From assembly GCA_035515795.1 (NCBI GenBank), contig DATJAY010000016.1, positions 45,703 through 109,702 on the forward strand: a DNA stretch of 64,000 nt, in the 5' to 3' direction. The notes beneath the pieces were generated by a model that was not told where the DNA came from, did not search any database, and worked only from the letters and a program-made list of their open reading frames with translations. The DNA comes from Candidatus Acidiferrales bacterium. Its GTDB lineage: Bacteria; Bacteroidota; Ignavibacteria; Kryptoniales; JAKASW01. The position numbers and the translations under genes are program-made. Of the stretch, positions 9,785-18,253 are shown one piece after another; position 1 is the stretch's first letter, and the number at the start of each line of letters is the position of its first letter.

Positions 9785-11285
9785 CGGCCTGGAATGTAAA
9801 CAGTTCGGCATCTTTCCAATCGCCTGCTTCCAATCCCGCTTTGAGGCAGAGCTGGTCAAGGAAGACTTCTTTGCTCCATCCGGTCTCCGTTGCCACCTGC
9901 GGAAGAAACACAGCCTGACGGTCTCCTTTCCTGACAATTACCCCGTCGCGTCCGAGGACAATCTCATCGGCATTCTTCACCTGTGTGAGAGGAGTCAGGA
10001 CGGAGATTTCGATTTCCACTTGCGGCAGTTCCTGTTCAGTCAGTGGATTGAAGCGTGTGTCGTTGAAAGCAGCTTGAAGTGCCATCGAACCGACGGTAGT
10101 GCTCAACGGTCTATCCCCTCTCATCTGTCCGATGCAGCCCCTAAGATCGCCGTGTTCTGTCAGTGTCACGAAGGCGCCTCTCTTCACTTTCAGGAGCGGG
10201 TTAAGGCCGCGCGGCAGCGGCACGGTAGCAGTTGAAAAATATTGTTCGAGAGTTTTCCGCGCATAATTTAATAGTTCTTTCTTGTCTGATGGACTGAGCG
10301 TGTAGGAAGGATTGATCATGAGGGTATCCGGATCAGCCGGCGGAGTCGGTCTGCCGATCCCGATTTCGACTGAGCCATATCCGACAGTACGATCACTGCT
10401 TCCAACCGGATTGTACCCGGAATTGCTGTAGCTGACTATCGACGCGCAGTTGGCGCCAAGCTCCTTCGCAGCAGCCATGGCAGCCAGGATCGGCGCCTCA
10501 CCGCAGGCACACGTCACAAGTTGAGGAATATTCTGTTCGAGCTGTTCATCCATCACGGATTTTGTCTCCTCGAGGTCCAGAGCTACTATCGTTCTGAGAG
10601 TTCTGGCATCTACCTTTATGGCGTCATCGAATCTCGGATAGTGCGAAAGATCCGAGCTTGCGACTATCAAAGCCTTCTTGCCTTTCAAGATCTTCGCGAG
10701 CACTTGACCGAATTTTGTACACATCTTGATGTCCGGTTCGCCTACGATGATCGGCAAGATCTTTGCGTGAGGGAATAGATATTTTACGAAAGGTATTTGA
10801 ACCTCGATGGAGTGTTCCTGGGCGTGAACGGCGAGGTTTGCGGTTACGTCCGGATCTTCTCTTATCAGGTCCCCGGCTGCTTTGTCGTCCACCTCAACCG
10901 GACCGATTGGAGTTCCGAATGCCCCTTTGGGATAAACGGATATGCCGCTGAATCCTGCCGTCGTATGATTCGTTCCGAGCACTACAATCATGTCATATTG
11001 ATTTTGTCTCACCTGATTATATCCGTCGGCCATGATCTGGCCTGCATAAATATATCCGGCATGGGGCACGATGATGGCGATGGGTTTATTGTCCTCGGCA
11101 GGTTTTGCATCCCTCAGAAATGATTTGATTGCGCTGGTCAACTTTGTCGAGTCCGCCGGATAAAACTTGCCGGCAAAAACCGGTTGCCTTATTGAGTCGG
11201 TTTGATAATTACTCGGAGCGGGCTTCTCGCCTTTGCAGGAGCCGGCGAGAAATAGAAAAATAACACCATAAAAGATTTTCTTCAT
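9756..11285 (-). CDS. AmmeMemoRadiSam system fusion protein: Memo-like (protein B) N-terminal half plus AMMECR1 (protein A) C-terminal half, with N-terminal lipoprotein-type signal peptide
   Basis: Memo motifs IIVPHAGYIYAGQ and SSDLSHY. AMMECR1 motifs RGAFVTLTEHGDLRGCIGQ and FLPQVATETGW. Start placed at ATG 11285 (MKKIFYGVIFLFLAGSC...) with AGGAG upstream; the track ORF extends to 11405. Confidence 0.85.
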   Translation of the reverse strand: MKKIFYGVIFLFLAGSCKGEKPAPSNYQTDSIRQPVFAGKFYPADSTKLTSAIKSFLRDAKPAEDNKPIAIIVPHAGYIYAGQIMADGYNQVRQNQYDMIVVLGTNHTTAGFSGISVYPKGAFGTPIGPVEVDDKAAGDLIREDPDVTANLAVHAQEHSIEVQIPFVKYLFPHAKILPIIVGEPDIKMCTKFGQVLAKILKGKKALIVASSDLSHYPRFDDAIKVDARTLRTIVALDLEETKSVMDEQLEQNIPQLVTCACGEAPILAAMAAAKELGANCASIVSYSNSGYNPVGSSDRTVGYGSVEIGIGRPTPPADPDTLMINPSYTLSPSDKKELLNYARKTLEQYFSTATVPLPRGLNPLLKVKRGAFVTLTEHGDLRGCIGQMRGDRPLSTTVGSMALQAAFNDTRFNPLTEQELPQVEIEISVLTPLTQVKNADEIVLGRDGVIVRKGDRQAVFLPQVATETGWSKEVFLDQLCLKAGLEAGDWKDAELFTFQADVFSESQFH

Positions 11286-11364
11286 ACTTGCTCTCCTGAA
11301 TTTCAATTGCCCATCTTCATGCGAATCTTTCTTGCATTTGAAAAGTAAAGACGCGGTCCGAAAT

Positions 11365-12609
11365 TCATTTCCAGACACCTGCAATGGTATGACCGCAGTA
11401 TTCACATCGGCCGTCTTTCACGTGATTTTCCGTCACGAAGAAGCCGCTCCTGTTTATGACCAACTTTCCACACGATGGACAATAGGTGGCGTTGCCCGGG
11501 TGACCGGGAACGTTCCCGACAAACGCATAGTGAATTCCTTTCGACATTGCAATTTCTCTTGCTCGTTCCAAGGTGGAAATAGGGGTCGGCGGCAGGTTAA
11601 GAAGTTTGTAGTCAGGATGGAATCTCGTAAAATGTAGCGGCACATCGGGACCGACTTCTCCAAAGACCCAGTTTGCTAGGTCATCCATCATTTTGTCGGA
11701 ATCGTTCAACGTAGGAACGACTAAGTTTACAATTTCCAAATGGACCTTGCTTCTCGAGACTTGCTTTATGCTTCGCAGGACCGGCTTCAATTCCGCGTTA
11801 GAGACTTTGTGATAAAAATCCTCGCTGAATCCTTTCAAGTCAATTTTTATGGCATCCAGGACGTCGCACATTTCCTGCAAAGGTTGCTCGTTCATGAAAC
11901 CGCAACTCACGAGCACACTTCTTAAGTCCGCTTTTCTTGCCGAGCGGGCTATGTCGGTCAGATACTCGATGAATACGGTCGGTTCATTGTAAGTAAATGC
12001 TATGATGGGAGCCTTTTCAGAGCTTGCACTACCCACGATTCCATCCGGTTGAACAAAACTCACGGGAAAGTCTTCGGGTTTCGCCTGCGAGATTTCCCAG
12101 TTCTGGCAGAACTGGCATGATAGGGGACAGCCGGCGGTTGCCAGAGAATATGCCTGGCTGCCGGGAAGAAAATGATAAAACGGTTTTTTCTCGATCGGGT
12201 CGACATGGATAGCTATCGGTCTTCCGTAGACGAGACTTCTAAGTTTTCCGTCAACGTTTACTCTCGCCCTACATTTTCCCGACTCCCTCTCTTTTATGAC
12301 ACATCCTTGTGCACACAAGAGACACTTTACGATTTTTTGCCCATGATCGAATTGAGTTAAGCCCTTAAGTTCAGATGGGGAAGCGTGGCATGTTGAACAA
12401 TCGACGCTCTCTGATTCCGTTGAAAGCCAGTATCGAGCAAGAGGGGCATCTTTATAGAGATTCTCTCTATAATCGATTTCGTGACTATGCTCTATCCAGC
12501 TGAACAACTCTCTGAGCAGCTGTGGAGATGACAGCGCGACGCAAGAGCCTCCGATAATCAATCCGGACTTTGAAACAAATTCCCGCCTGGAGAGATTCTG
12601 TGCGTTCAT
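11365..12609 (-). CDS. AmmeMemoRadiSam system radical SAM enzyme with N-terminal twin-arginine (Tat) signal motif
   Basis: CxxxCxxC at 12106-12129 (CPLSCQFC). PflA-like fold signatures. N-terminal C-rich segment (KCLLCAQGC...GKC) typical of this family. N-terminus MNAQNLSRREFVSKSGLIIGGSCVALSS fits S-R-R-x-F-[LV]. Lies next to the Memo/AMMECR1 fusion. Confidence 0.85.
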   Translation of the reverse strand: MNAQNLSRREFVSKSGLIIGGSCVALSSPQLLRELFSWIEHSHEIDYRENLYKDAPLARYWLSTESESVDCSTCHASPSELKGLTQFDHGQKIVKCLLCAQGCVIKERESGKCRARVNVDGKLRSLVYGRPIAIHVDPIEKKPFYHFLPGSQAYSLATAGCPLSCQFCQNWEISQAKPEDFPVSFVQPDGIVGSASSEKAPIIAFTYNEPTVFIEYLTDIARSARKADLRSVLVSCGFMNEQPLQEMCDVLDAIKIDLKGFSEDFYHKVSNAELKPVLRSIKQVSRSKVHLEIVNLVVPTLNDSDKMMDDLANWVFGEVGPDVPLHFTRFHPDYKLLNLPPTPISTLERAREIAMSKGIHYAFVGNVPGHPGNATYCPSCGKLVINRSGFFVTENHVKDGRCEYCGHTIAGVWK

Positions 12610-12899
12610 TATCTAAGTCGGTCTCCTTATCAAGACATCACCCAGCTTCCGAAAACAGAGCGTTATTCGGATTATTTCCTGTCGCCATGTTCCCTGATAG
12701 ATTGTGAATTGGTACCCACAGTTCCGTCTGCACTACGACAAAAGTCTAACTGTCTTTTATTTAATTGTCAAGCCGGAAGGATAAGTGGAGTGGCAATCAA
12801 TGCGACTAACGCGGCACATCTTCTTCAAAGCAGTCGATTGCCATTCCCGATTCGTCATGTTCTATATAGCGCGAAACACAATACAGATATTCTCGCCCC

Positions 12900-14003
12900 T
12901 TATTTTAAGAACACAGCCTTTAGTGTTCGCCTTTGCTCTATCCCGGCCTGGACAAAATCTATCGTGATGAAGTAGGTCCCGGACGAAAGATTCGAGAAAT
13001 CTACCGCAACGTCATTTTTCCCTTTATGCAAACTTATCTTTTCGTTTCTGACTAACTTACCCGTAACCGAATACACGAAAAGACCAGCCCGCGATGGAGA
13101 GGATTGAAGGTTTATACTAATATTAGTAGCCGGGTTGAACGGATTCGGGTACGGTCCGGAAATGGAGAACGTCGATGGTTTGTTTTCATGGACAATATCC
13201 GGAGTTTGGAATCCTGCATCGACCCATGCTGAATACACGAGAGAGGCAAGCGAGACTGATGCATCCTGCAATTGCGAGATGGTCATGGCACCTAATCTCG
13301 TCCACATGAGCTGATAATAGAGATTTGAAGATGTATTCCCCGCCGCAGCGGTTGCCGAATCGTCCGCATCGTCTATCATCTGGAATTTCGAGTTGGACTG
13401 ATAAATAACCTGAAACGCAAAATCTAGGACATTTGGAATATAGTGAGCCGTGTCGGCAGCGATCGTAATTTGATTTGAGTAATCATTGATCATGGTCGTC
13501 TCATATCGAGAGTGGACTCCCTTTCGATTGTAAGTCTCGGTGCAATGCAACGGCTGATGCGCGTCCCCGATGTAATGGCCAAGGTCGGCAACTATCCTGT
13601 TTGCATTTGTCGTATCATGTTTTTCCAGGAAGGAGACTAGGGAATCGTAATCCGATTTTATTGCCCAGGGGAGAACGCCGTTTTTATAGACGGTTGAAGA
13701 TCCGTACTCGGCAATCAGCGAATCGAGGTCATGCGGGAACCAGCTCGAATGAAACTCCGGGTAATAATCGATGTCTATGAAATGCCGCGGAGCTTCGTTC
13801 GGATCCGAGCTCTTGCGGTTGTCGGCATCGGAAGCATGGGCAGCGTAATACGAAGTGTATTGTGCAAACCACAATGTATCTACGGGGAAATGAATTGTAA
13901 ACGATTGATTTATTATCTTGTGCCCTTCTTGTCCCCATCCGAATGCCGACGACGAATATAGGGTAAGAGAAACCGCAAGCGCAAAATGTATTCTTCGCTT
14001 CAT
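12900..14003 (-). CDS. Secreted S1/P1-family zinc nuclease with T9SS C-terminal sorting domain
   Basis: Mature N-terminus WGQEGHKII. HYIGDAHQPLHC motif of S1/P1 nucleases. C-terminal YPNPFNPATNISINL...GTYFITI tail. Start at ATG 14003 (MKRRIHFALAVSL...) with GGAGGAG upstream. Confidence 0.8.
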   Translation of the reverse strand: MKRRIHFALAVSLTLYSSSAFGWGQEGHKIINQSFTIHFPVDTLWFAQYTSYYAAHASDADNRKSSDPNEAPRHFIDIDYYPEFHSSWFPHDLDSLIAEYGSSTVYKNGVLPWAIKSDYDSLVSFLEKHDTTNANRIVADLGHYIGDAHQPLHCTETYNRKGVHSRYETTMINDYSNQITIAADTAHYIPNVLDFAFQVIYQSNSKFQMIDDADDSATAAAGNTSSNLYYQLMWTRLGAMTISQLQDASVSLASLVYSAWVDAGFQTPDIVHENKPSTFSISGPYPNPFNPATNISINLQSSPSRAGLFVYSVTGKLVRNEKISLHKGKNDVAVDFSNLSSGTYFITIDFVQAGIEQRRTLKAVFLK

Positions 14004-14187
14004 CACTCCTCCAACAAAGATTTTGTTTGCAAGGTAAAGTCCCTTCGGCAATTCCGTCGACGGCCGATCTTCTTGAATTAAGTTTCTACGATACTAAATA
14101 TAATCAATCACCAGACGGAAGTGGAAGGGATGGGTAGTATCCTAATTTCGCGCAAAGTCGCAGCTCAATACTTCTCATTTCTCTATC

Positions 14188-14787
14188 TTACTTCATCAAG
14201 ACCAGTTTCTTTGTCGATTCAAATTTCTGTCCGTCGTTTCCCAATGCAGCAATCCGATAGAAATACACTCCGCTTGCAAACCTGTCCATGTTCATAACTT
14301 CGTTGTATCTTCCGGCGTTCATCGTTCCATAATGATCCTCACGCACTTTCTGTCCGAGTACATTGTAAATATCCAGTGTCACGTTCGATTGCTCCTTGAG
14401 ATCGAAGCGTATCGTGGTAGACGGATTGAACGGGTTCGGATAATTTTGGTAGAGGGCATATGTCTTGGGAACGTTCACCGTAACAGAAAGAGTGGTCAAG
14501 TCTTTGATAGATCCATTCGTTGATACGCTTTGGATCTCATACTGGTAGGTCGAGCCTGGGGTAACGTGGTCGTCCGTGAAATTGTACGCCCTCCCCGCGC
14601 TGCTGGTTCCAACTCCCTTCAGATTGTTATTGCTAGCGTAGCTCGATACGAGTTTGAAGGATGTTGTACCGGGATCCTTTCGTAAAATATTGAAACCGGC
14701 ATTACTGACCTCCGATTGTGTTCTCCATGTGAGCGTCACGGATCCTGCGTCAGCCGTTGCAAGGAACTCGGTCGCCTGTACCGAAAG
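14188..14787 (-). repeat. Shared-tail cassette, copy 1 (pre-CTD Fn3-like domain plus T9SS CTD)
   Basis: 199 codons plus stop, from LSVQATEFLA... to ...KKLVLMK. Homologous at protein and DNA level to the four other copies. Confidence 0.9.
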
Positions 14788-17277
14788 AGGGACATCGCTC
14801 GGCCTGACGGCAAACGGGTAAGCTGTTATACTGCCGATAATCGGGCTGCTTGTTGGACCCGTATTTATGGAAGTAGCATCCTCTCCGTCAGTTGCAAGGG
14901 CGTAGAGAACGTGCGTTCCCAACGTGAGAGTGCTCGAAGTGCCGGTGTATGGTCCGACGCCACTCGCCTTCTGCCATGTGCCTTGCCAGGTATCCGTCGC
15001 ATAGTAGACGGCTTGCACGGGAGGAGCGGTTGGCGTGTAAGTGCTGGCAGCATTGAAAGTGAACGTCGGGGTCGCGCTCGAAGTCTGGTCGTTGGTGAGC
15101 GGGGTTATTGTAGTCGTAAGCGGGATAGCCTGAGAATTCTCTTCAGATATGACCGTCTCATTATTGCTGCCGACGTTCGCGACATATATTTTATTCGTGA
15201 CCGGATTAACAGCCACGGCAAACGGAATCGCTCCGGCGATCACCGGGGTTGTTTTAAACGTCGCGGCAATAAAGATCGCCGTGTTACCCACGCCGTCGAT
15301 CACGGTAACGGTATCGCTGGCATAGTTTGCCACGTAGATCTTGTTTGTAATCGGGTTAACAGCAACGGCAACGGGGTTTATACCGACAGGTATGGGTCTT
15401 GTCTTGTTTGTCGCACCGTCGATCACCGTAACGCTGGCGCTTCCGTTGTTTGCCACGTAGATCCTGTTAGTCACCGTGTTGATTGCAATAGCGTAAGGAT
15501 TCGTCCCGACTGCCAATTGGGTTCCCCCCGCGACAGTATCATTTGTTGCCCCGTCGTACACGGTCACGTAGTTGCCGAGCGCTAAATAGATCCTGTTTGT
15601 CACCGGATTGACTGCAACGATAGAATTAATAATTCCGGGCCTGACTATCTTGGTCATGGTGTTCGTTGCACCATCTACCACGGTCATCCCATTCGTGCCC
15701 GGTACATATATTTTATTTGTCACCTGGTTGACCGCAACGGTGCCGGGGTTACCCCCTGTCGTCAGGAGTGTGGTATCGTTCGTCGCCCCGTCAATCACTG
15801 TCACCGTCCCGCCGTCGTTCGCCACGTAAATCTTGTTCGTAACCGGATTTACCGCAACGGCCGAAGGAACGAGCCCGGCGGAGACCAGCGTGGTATCGTT
15901 TGTTGCTCCATCGATTATCGTCACGTTTTTGCTGTAATGGTTTGCCACGTATATCTTGTTCGTAACTTGGTTTACAGCGACGGCCTCTGGACTCCTCCCG
16001 GCGGGAACCGTGGTAGTGGCGTTTGTTTCCCCGTCGATAACGGTTACGCTGCTGTCTCCGTCATTCGGCACGTAGATCTTATTCGTCACAGGGTTGATCG
16101 CGACGGCATCGGGTCCCGATCCGCCGGGCACGGCGGTTGTCGCGTTTGTTGCCCCGTCAATTACCGTTGCGTTGCTCGCGAGGTTATTCGTCGTATAGAT
16201 CCTATCCGTGACGGGGTTGACTGCAATAGCGTAAGATGGATATCCTGATGACACGGTGGATGTTGTCTTCGTCGCGCCATCGATGACCCTCACGCCACCG
16301 CCATCGTCCGCCACATAGATCTTATCCGTCAGCGGGTTAACTGCCACTCCATAAGGCAGCGAGCCGCCGGAAACCATGGCTGTGTCGTCTGTTGCCCCGT
16401 CTATGATAGTCACTTTGTAATTGTTGACGTCCACGACATAAACAGTATTGGTTACGGGGTTGACTGCAAGCGAAGAAGGGCCGCTGCCCGCGGGCACAAG
16501 CGTGGTGTCATTTGTCGCGCCGTCGATAACTGTCACGTTGTTACTGGCGGAGTTTGTTACATATATCTTGTCGGTGACCGGATTGACCGCCACCCCGAAA
16601 GGGTTTGAGCCGGCTGCTACGAGCGATGTATCGTTCGTCATTTCGTCGATGACTGTCACGTTACTGCTGTTGTAGTTTGCCGCGTACACTTTTTTCGTCA
16701 CCGGATTGAGCGCAATGGCATCGGGGTTCGATCCGGCAGGTACGATCGTCGTGTCGTTTGTCGCTCCGTTGATCACCGTTACTGTATTATCGCCGTAGTT
16801 CGCCACATAGATCTTATCCGTCACGGGATCGACTGCAATGGCATAAGGACTAGCACCGGCAGAGACGTCGACTGTATCATTTGTTGCCCCATCGATTATT
16901 GTCACATTGTTGCTGCCGTTGTTTGCCACATAGATCTTGTTGGTGATGGTGTTAACCGCGATAGCAAGGGGACTCGTTCCGACCGGAACTGTGGTGGTGT
17001 CGTTTGTTGCCCCGTCTATCACCGTTACGCTGCCGCTGCCGTTGTTCGCGACGTATATCTTATTCGTCACCGGGTTGACCGCCACCGCAATAGGAGTTGT
17101 CCCGACATCAAGCATGGCGGTCACAGTCTGCGCAAAGACCGTTGCTCCCGTGGGAAGAAACAAAAGCAAAGCGTAGATTGCCAGCCGCCGCAGCGTCGGC
17201 AATCCGCGCATTAATCTGTGGGAAAAAGTTTTTACGGTACCGCTTAACATGGTCGAACCTGTAGCCTTAGGTTGCAT
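14188..17277 (-). CDS. T9SS cargo P1: YVTN-family beta-propeller repeat protein (16 repeats) plus shared 199-aa tail
   Basis: 16 copies of a ~42-aa unit (NPVTNKIYVAN..S..VTVIDGATNDTT). Signal peptide. GGAGGAG RBS 8 nt before ATG 17277. C-terminal YALYQNYPNPFNPSTTIRFDL...VYFYRI...KKLVLMK. Confidence 0.85.
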   Translation of the reverse strand: MQPKATGSTMLSGTVKTFSHRLMRGLPTLRRLAIYALLLFLPTGATVFAQTVTAMLDVGTTPIAVAVNPVTNKIYVANNGSGSVTVIDGATNDTTTVPVGTSPLAIAVNTITNKIYVANNGSNNVTIIDGATNDTVDVSAGASPYAIAVDPVTDKIYVANYGDNTVTVINGATNDTTIVPAGSNPDAIALNPVTKKVYAANYNSSNVTVIDEMTNDTSLVAAGSNPFGVAVNPVTDKIYVTNSASNNVTVIDGATNDTTLVPAGSGPSSLAVNPVTNTVYVVDVNNYKVTIIDGATDDTAMVSGGSLPYGVAVNPLTDKIYVADDGGGVRVIDGATKTTSTVSSGYPSYAIAVNPVTDRIYTTNNLASNATVIDGATNATTAVPGGSGPDAVAINPVTNKIYVPNDGDSSVTVIDGETNATTTVPAGRSPEAVAVNQVTNKIYVANHYSKNVTIIDGATNDTTLVSAGLVPSAVAVNPVTNKIYVANDGGTVTVIDGATNDTTLLTTGGNPGTVAVNQVTNKIYVPGTNGMTVVDGATNTMTKIVRPGIINSIVAVNPVTNRIYLALGNYVTVYDGATNDTVAGGTQLAVGTNPYAIAINTVTNRIYVANNGSASVTVIDGATNKTRPIPVGINPVAVAVNPITNKIYVANYASDTVTVIDGVGNTAIFIAATFKTTPVIAGAIPFAVAVNPVTNKIYVANVGSNNETVISEENSQAIPLTTTITPLTNDQTSSATPTFTFNAASTYTPTAPPVQAVYYATDTWQGTWQKASGVGPYTGTSSTLTLGTHVLYALATDGEDATSINTGPTSSPIIGSITAYPFAVRPSDVPLSVQATEFLATADAGSVTLTWRTQSEVSNAGFNILRKDPGTTSFKLVSSYASNNNLKGVGTSSAGRAYNFTDDHVTPGSTYQYEIQSVSTNGSIKDLTTLSVTVNVPKTYALYQNYPNPFNPSTTIRFDLKEQSNVTLDIYNVLGQKVREDHYGTMNAGRYNEVMNMDRFASGVYFYRIAALGNDGQKFESTKKLVLMK
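15135..17112 (-). repeat. Coding tandem array: 16 YVTN-type ~126-nt units
   Basis: I counted 16 N[PQT][VIL]T[ND][KRT][IV]Y cores in the translated ORF. The periodicity also produces long spurious antisense ORFs. Confidence 0.8.
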
Positions 17278-17632
17278 CTTGCACTCTCCTCCAAAATTTG
17301 GTTGATGAACTCGATCTCTCCTCGCTGTTTAACGCCAGCAAAGCAGGATTCAGGATGAAGCATCGTAATATGCTTCTTCCCGGTTGAAATGATGTCTTGT
17401 ATAGGAATAAAGATGAGGGTTGAACGGACGCCCTAGAGCGAGAACAGGCAAAAGCTAATGGAAACTCCTGGCGTTTCTCAATCTAGTCCTACTAAATTTG
17501 TCAACATATTTTTCCGTTTCATGGTTCCCGGAAGCCATGGATTCTCACACGACCATGGCGATGTTTTGTTGATCGACCGCCAAAGAAAGTGACCGCTACT
17601 TTCCTGAGGATGCAGCTGTCATTCCAACTTGC

Positions 17633-18253
17633 CTACTTCATTAATACTAATTTCTTTGTCGAAACAAACTTCTGCCCGTCATCGCCCGTTGCTTTGATCC
17701 GGTAAAAGTACACGCCGCTTGCAAATTTGTCCATGTTAACGCCCTCGTTGTATCTTCCCGGGCTCATGTTTCCGTAATTGTTTTCTAATATTTTTTGTCC
17801 GAGTGTGTTATAAATATCGAGAGTCACCATCGAAGCCTCTTTCAAATCGAACCTGATCGCGGTGGACGGGTTGAACGGGTTCGGATAATTCTGGTAGAGG
17901 GCATAGTCCTTCGGAACATCAACAGTGACCCATAAGGTATTTAAGTCCTTCGTCGTACCGTTTATGGATACGCTCTGAATTTTGTATTCGTAAGTCATGC
18001 CTGACTGAATTTTTGCATCCGTAAAACTGTAGGCCCTGCCCGAGGTGCTGGTTCCTAATCCTTTTAAGTTGTCGTTGCCGATGTAGCCCCCGATGAGCTC
18101 AAAGAGAGTAGATGCAGAATCTGTAGGCACAGACCGGAAACCATCGGAGCGCAGGATGTTGAAACCAGCATTATCTACTTCAGATTGTGTTCCCCATGTG
18201 AGAGTCACCTTGTCATAATCTGCTTTTGCGACAAACGAAGTTACCTGTACGTA
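17633..18253 (-). repeat. Shared-tail cassette, copy 2 (206 codons, 7-aa insertion)
   Basis: YVQVTSFVAK... to ...KKLVLMK. The only length difference is the insert within RSDGFRSVPTDSASTLFEL. Confidence 0.9.

Noticed and set aside
9785-9937. N-terminal 51-codon extension of the spermidine-synthase-like ORF given by the track
   Set aside because: The extension is Arg/Ser-rich and non-hydrophobic, and it would overlap the AMMECR1 coding end by 180 nt. ATG 9784 directly precedes the first TM segment.
14716-15585. 289-aa plus-strand ORF, with several other 60-100-aa ORFs, antisense to the YVTN gene
   Set aside because: It lies entirely inside a well-supported minus-strand gene. The product is Arg/Cys/Gly-rich low-complexity sequence. 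The open frame is a by-product of the 126-nt coding repeats.
15135-17112. Regular ~126-nt periodicity that could look like a CRISPR or satellite array
   Set aside because: The units are contiguous with no unique spacers, stay in one reading frame and encode a known propeller repeat. No cas genes are present.
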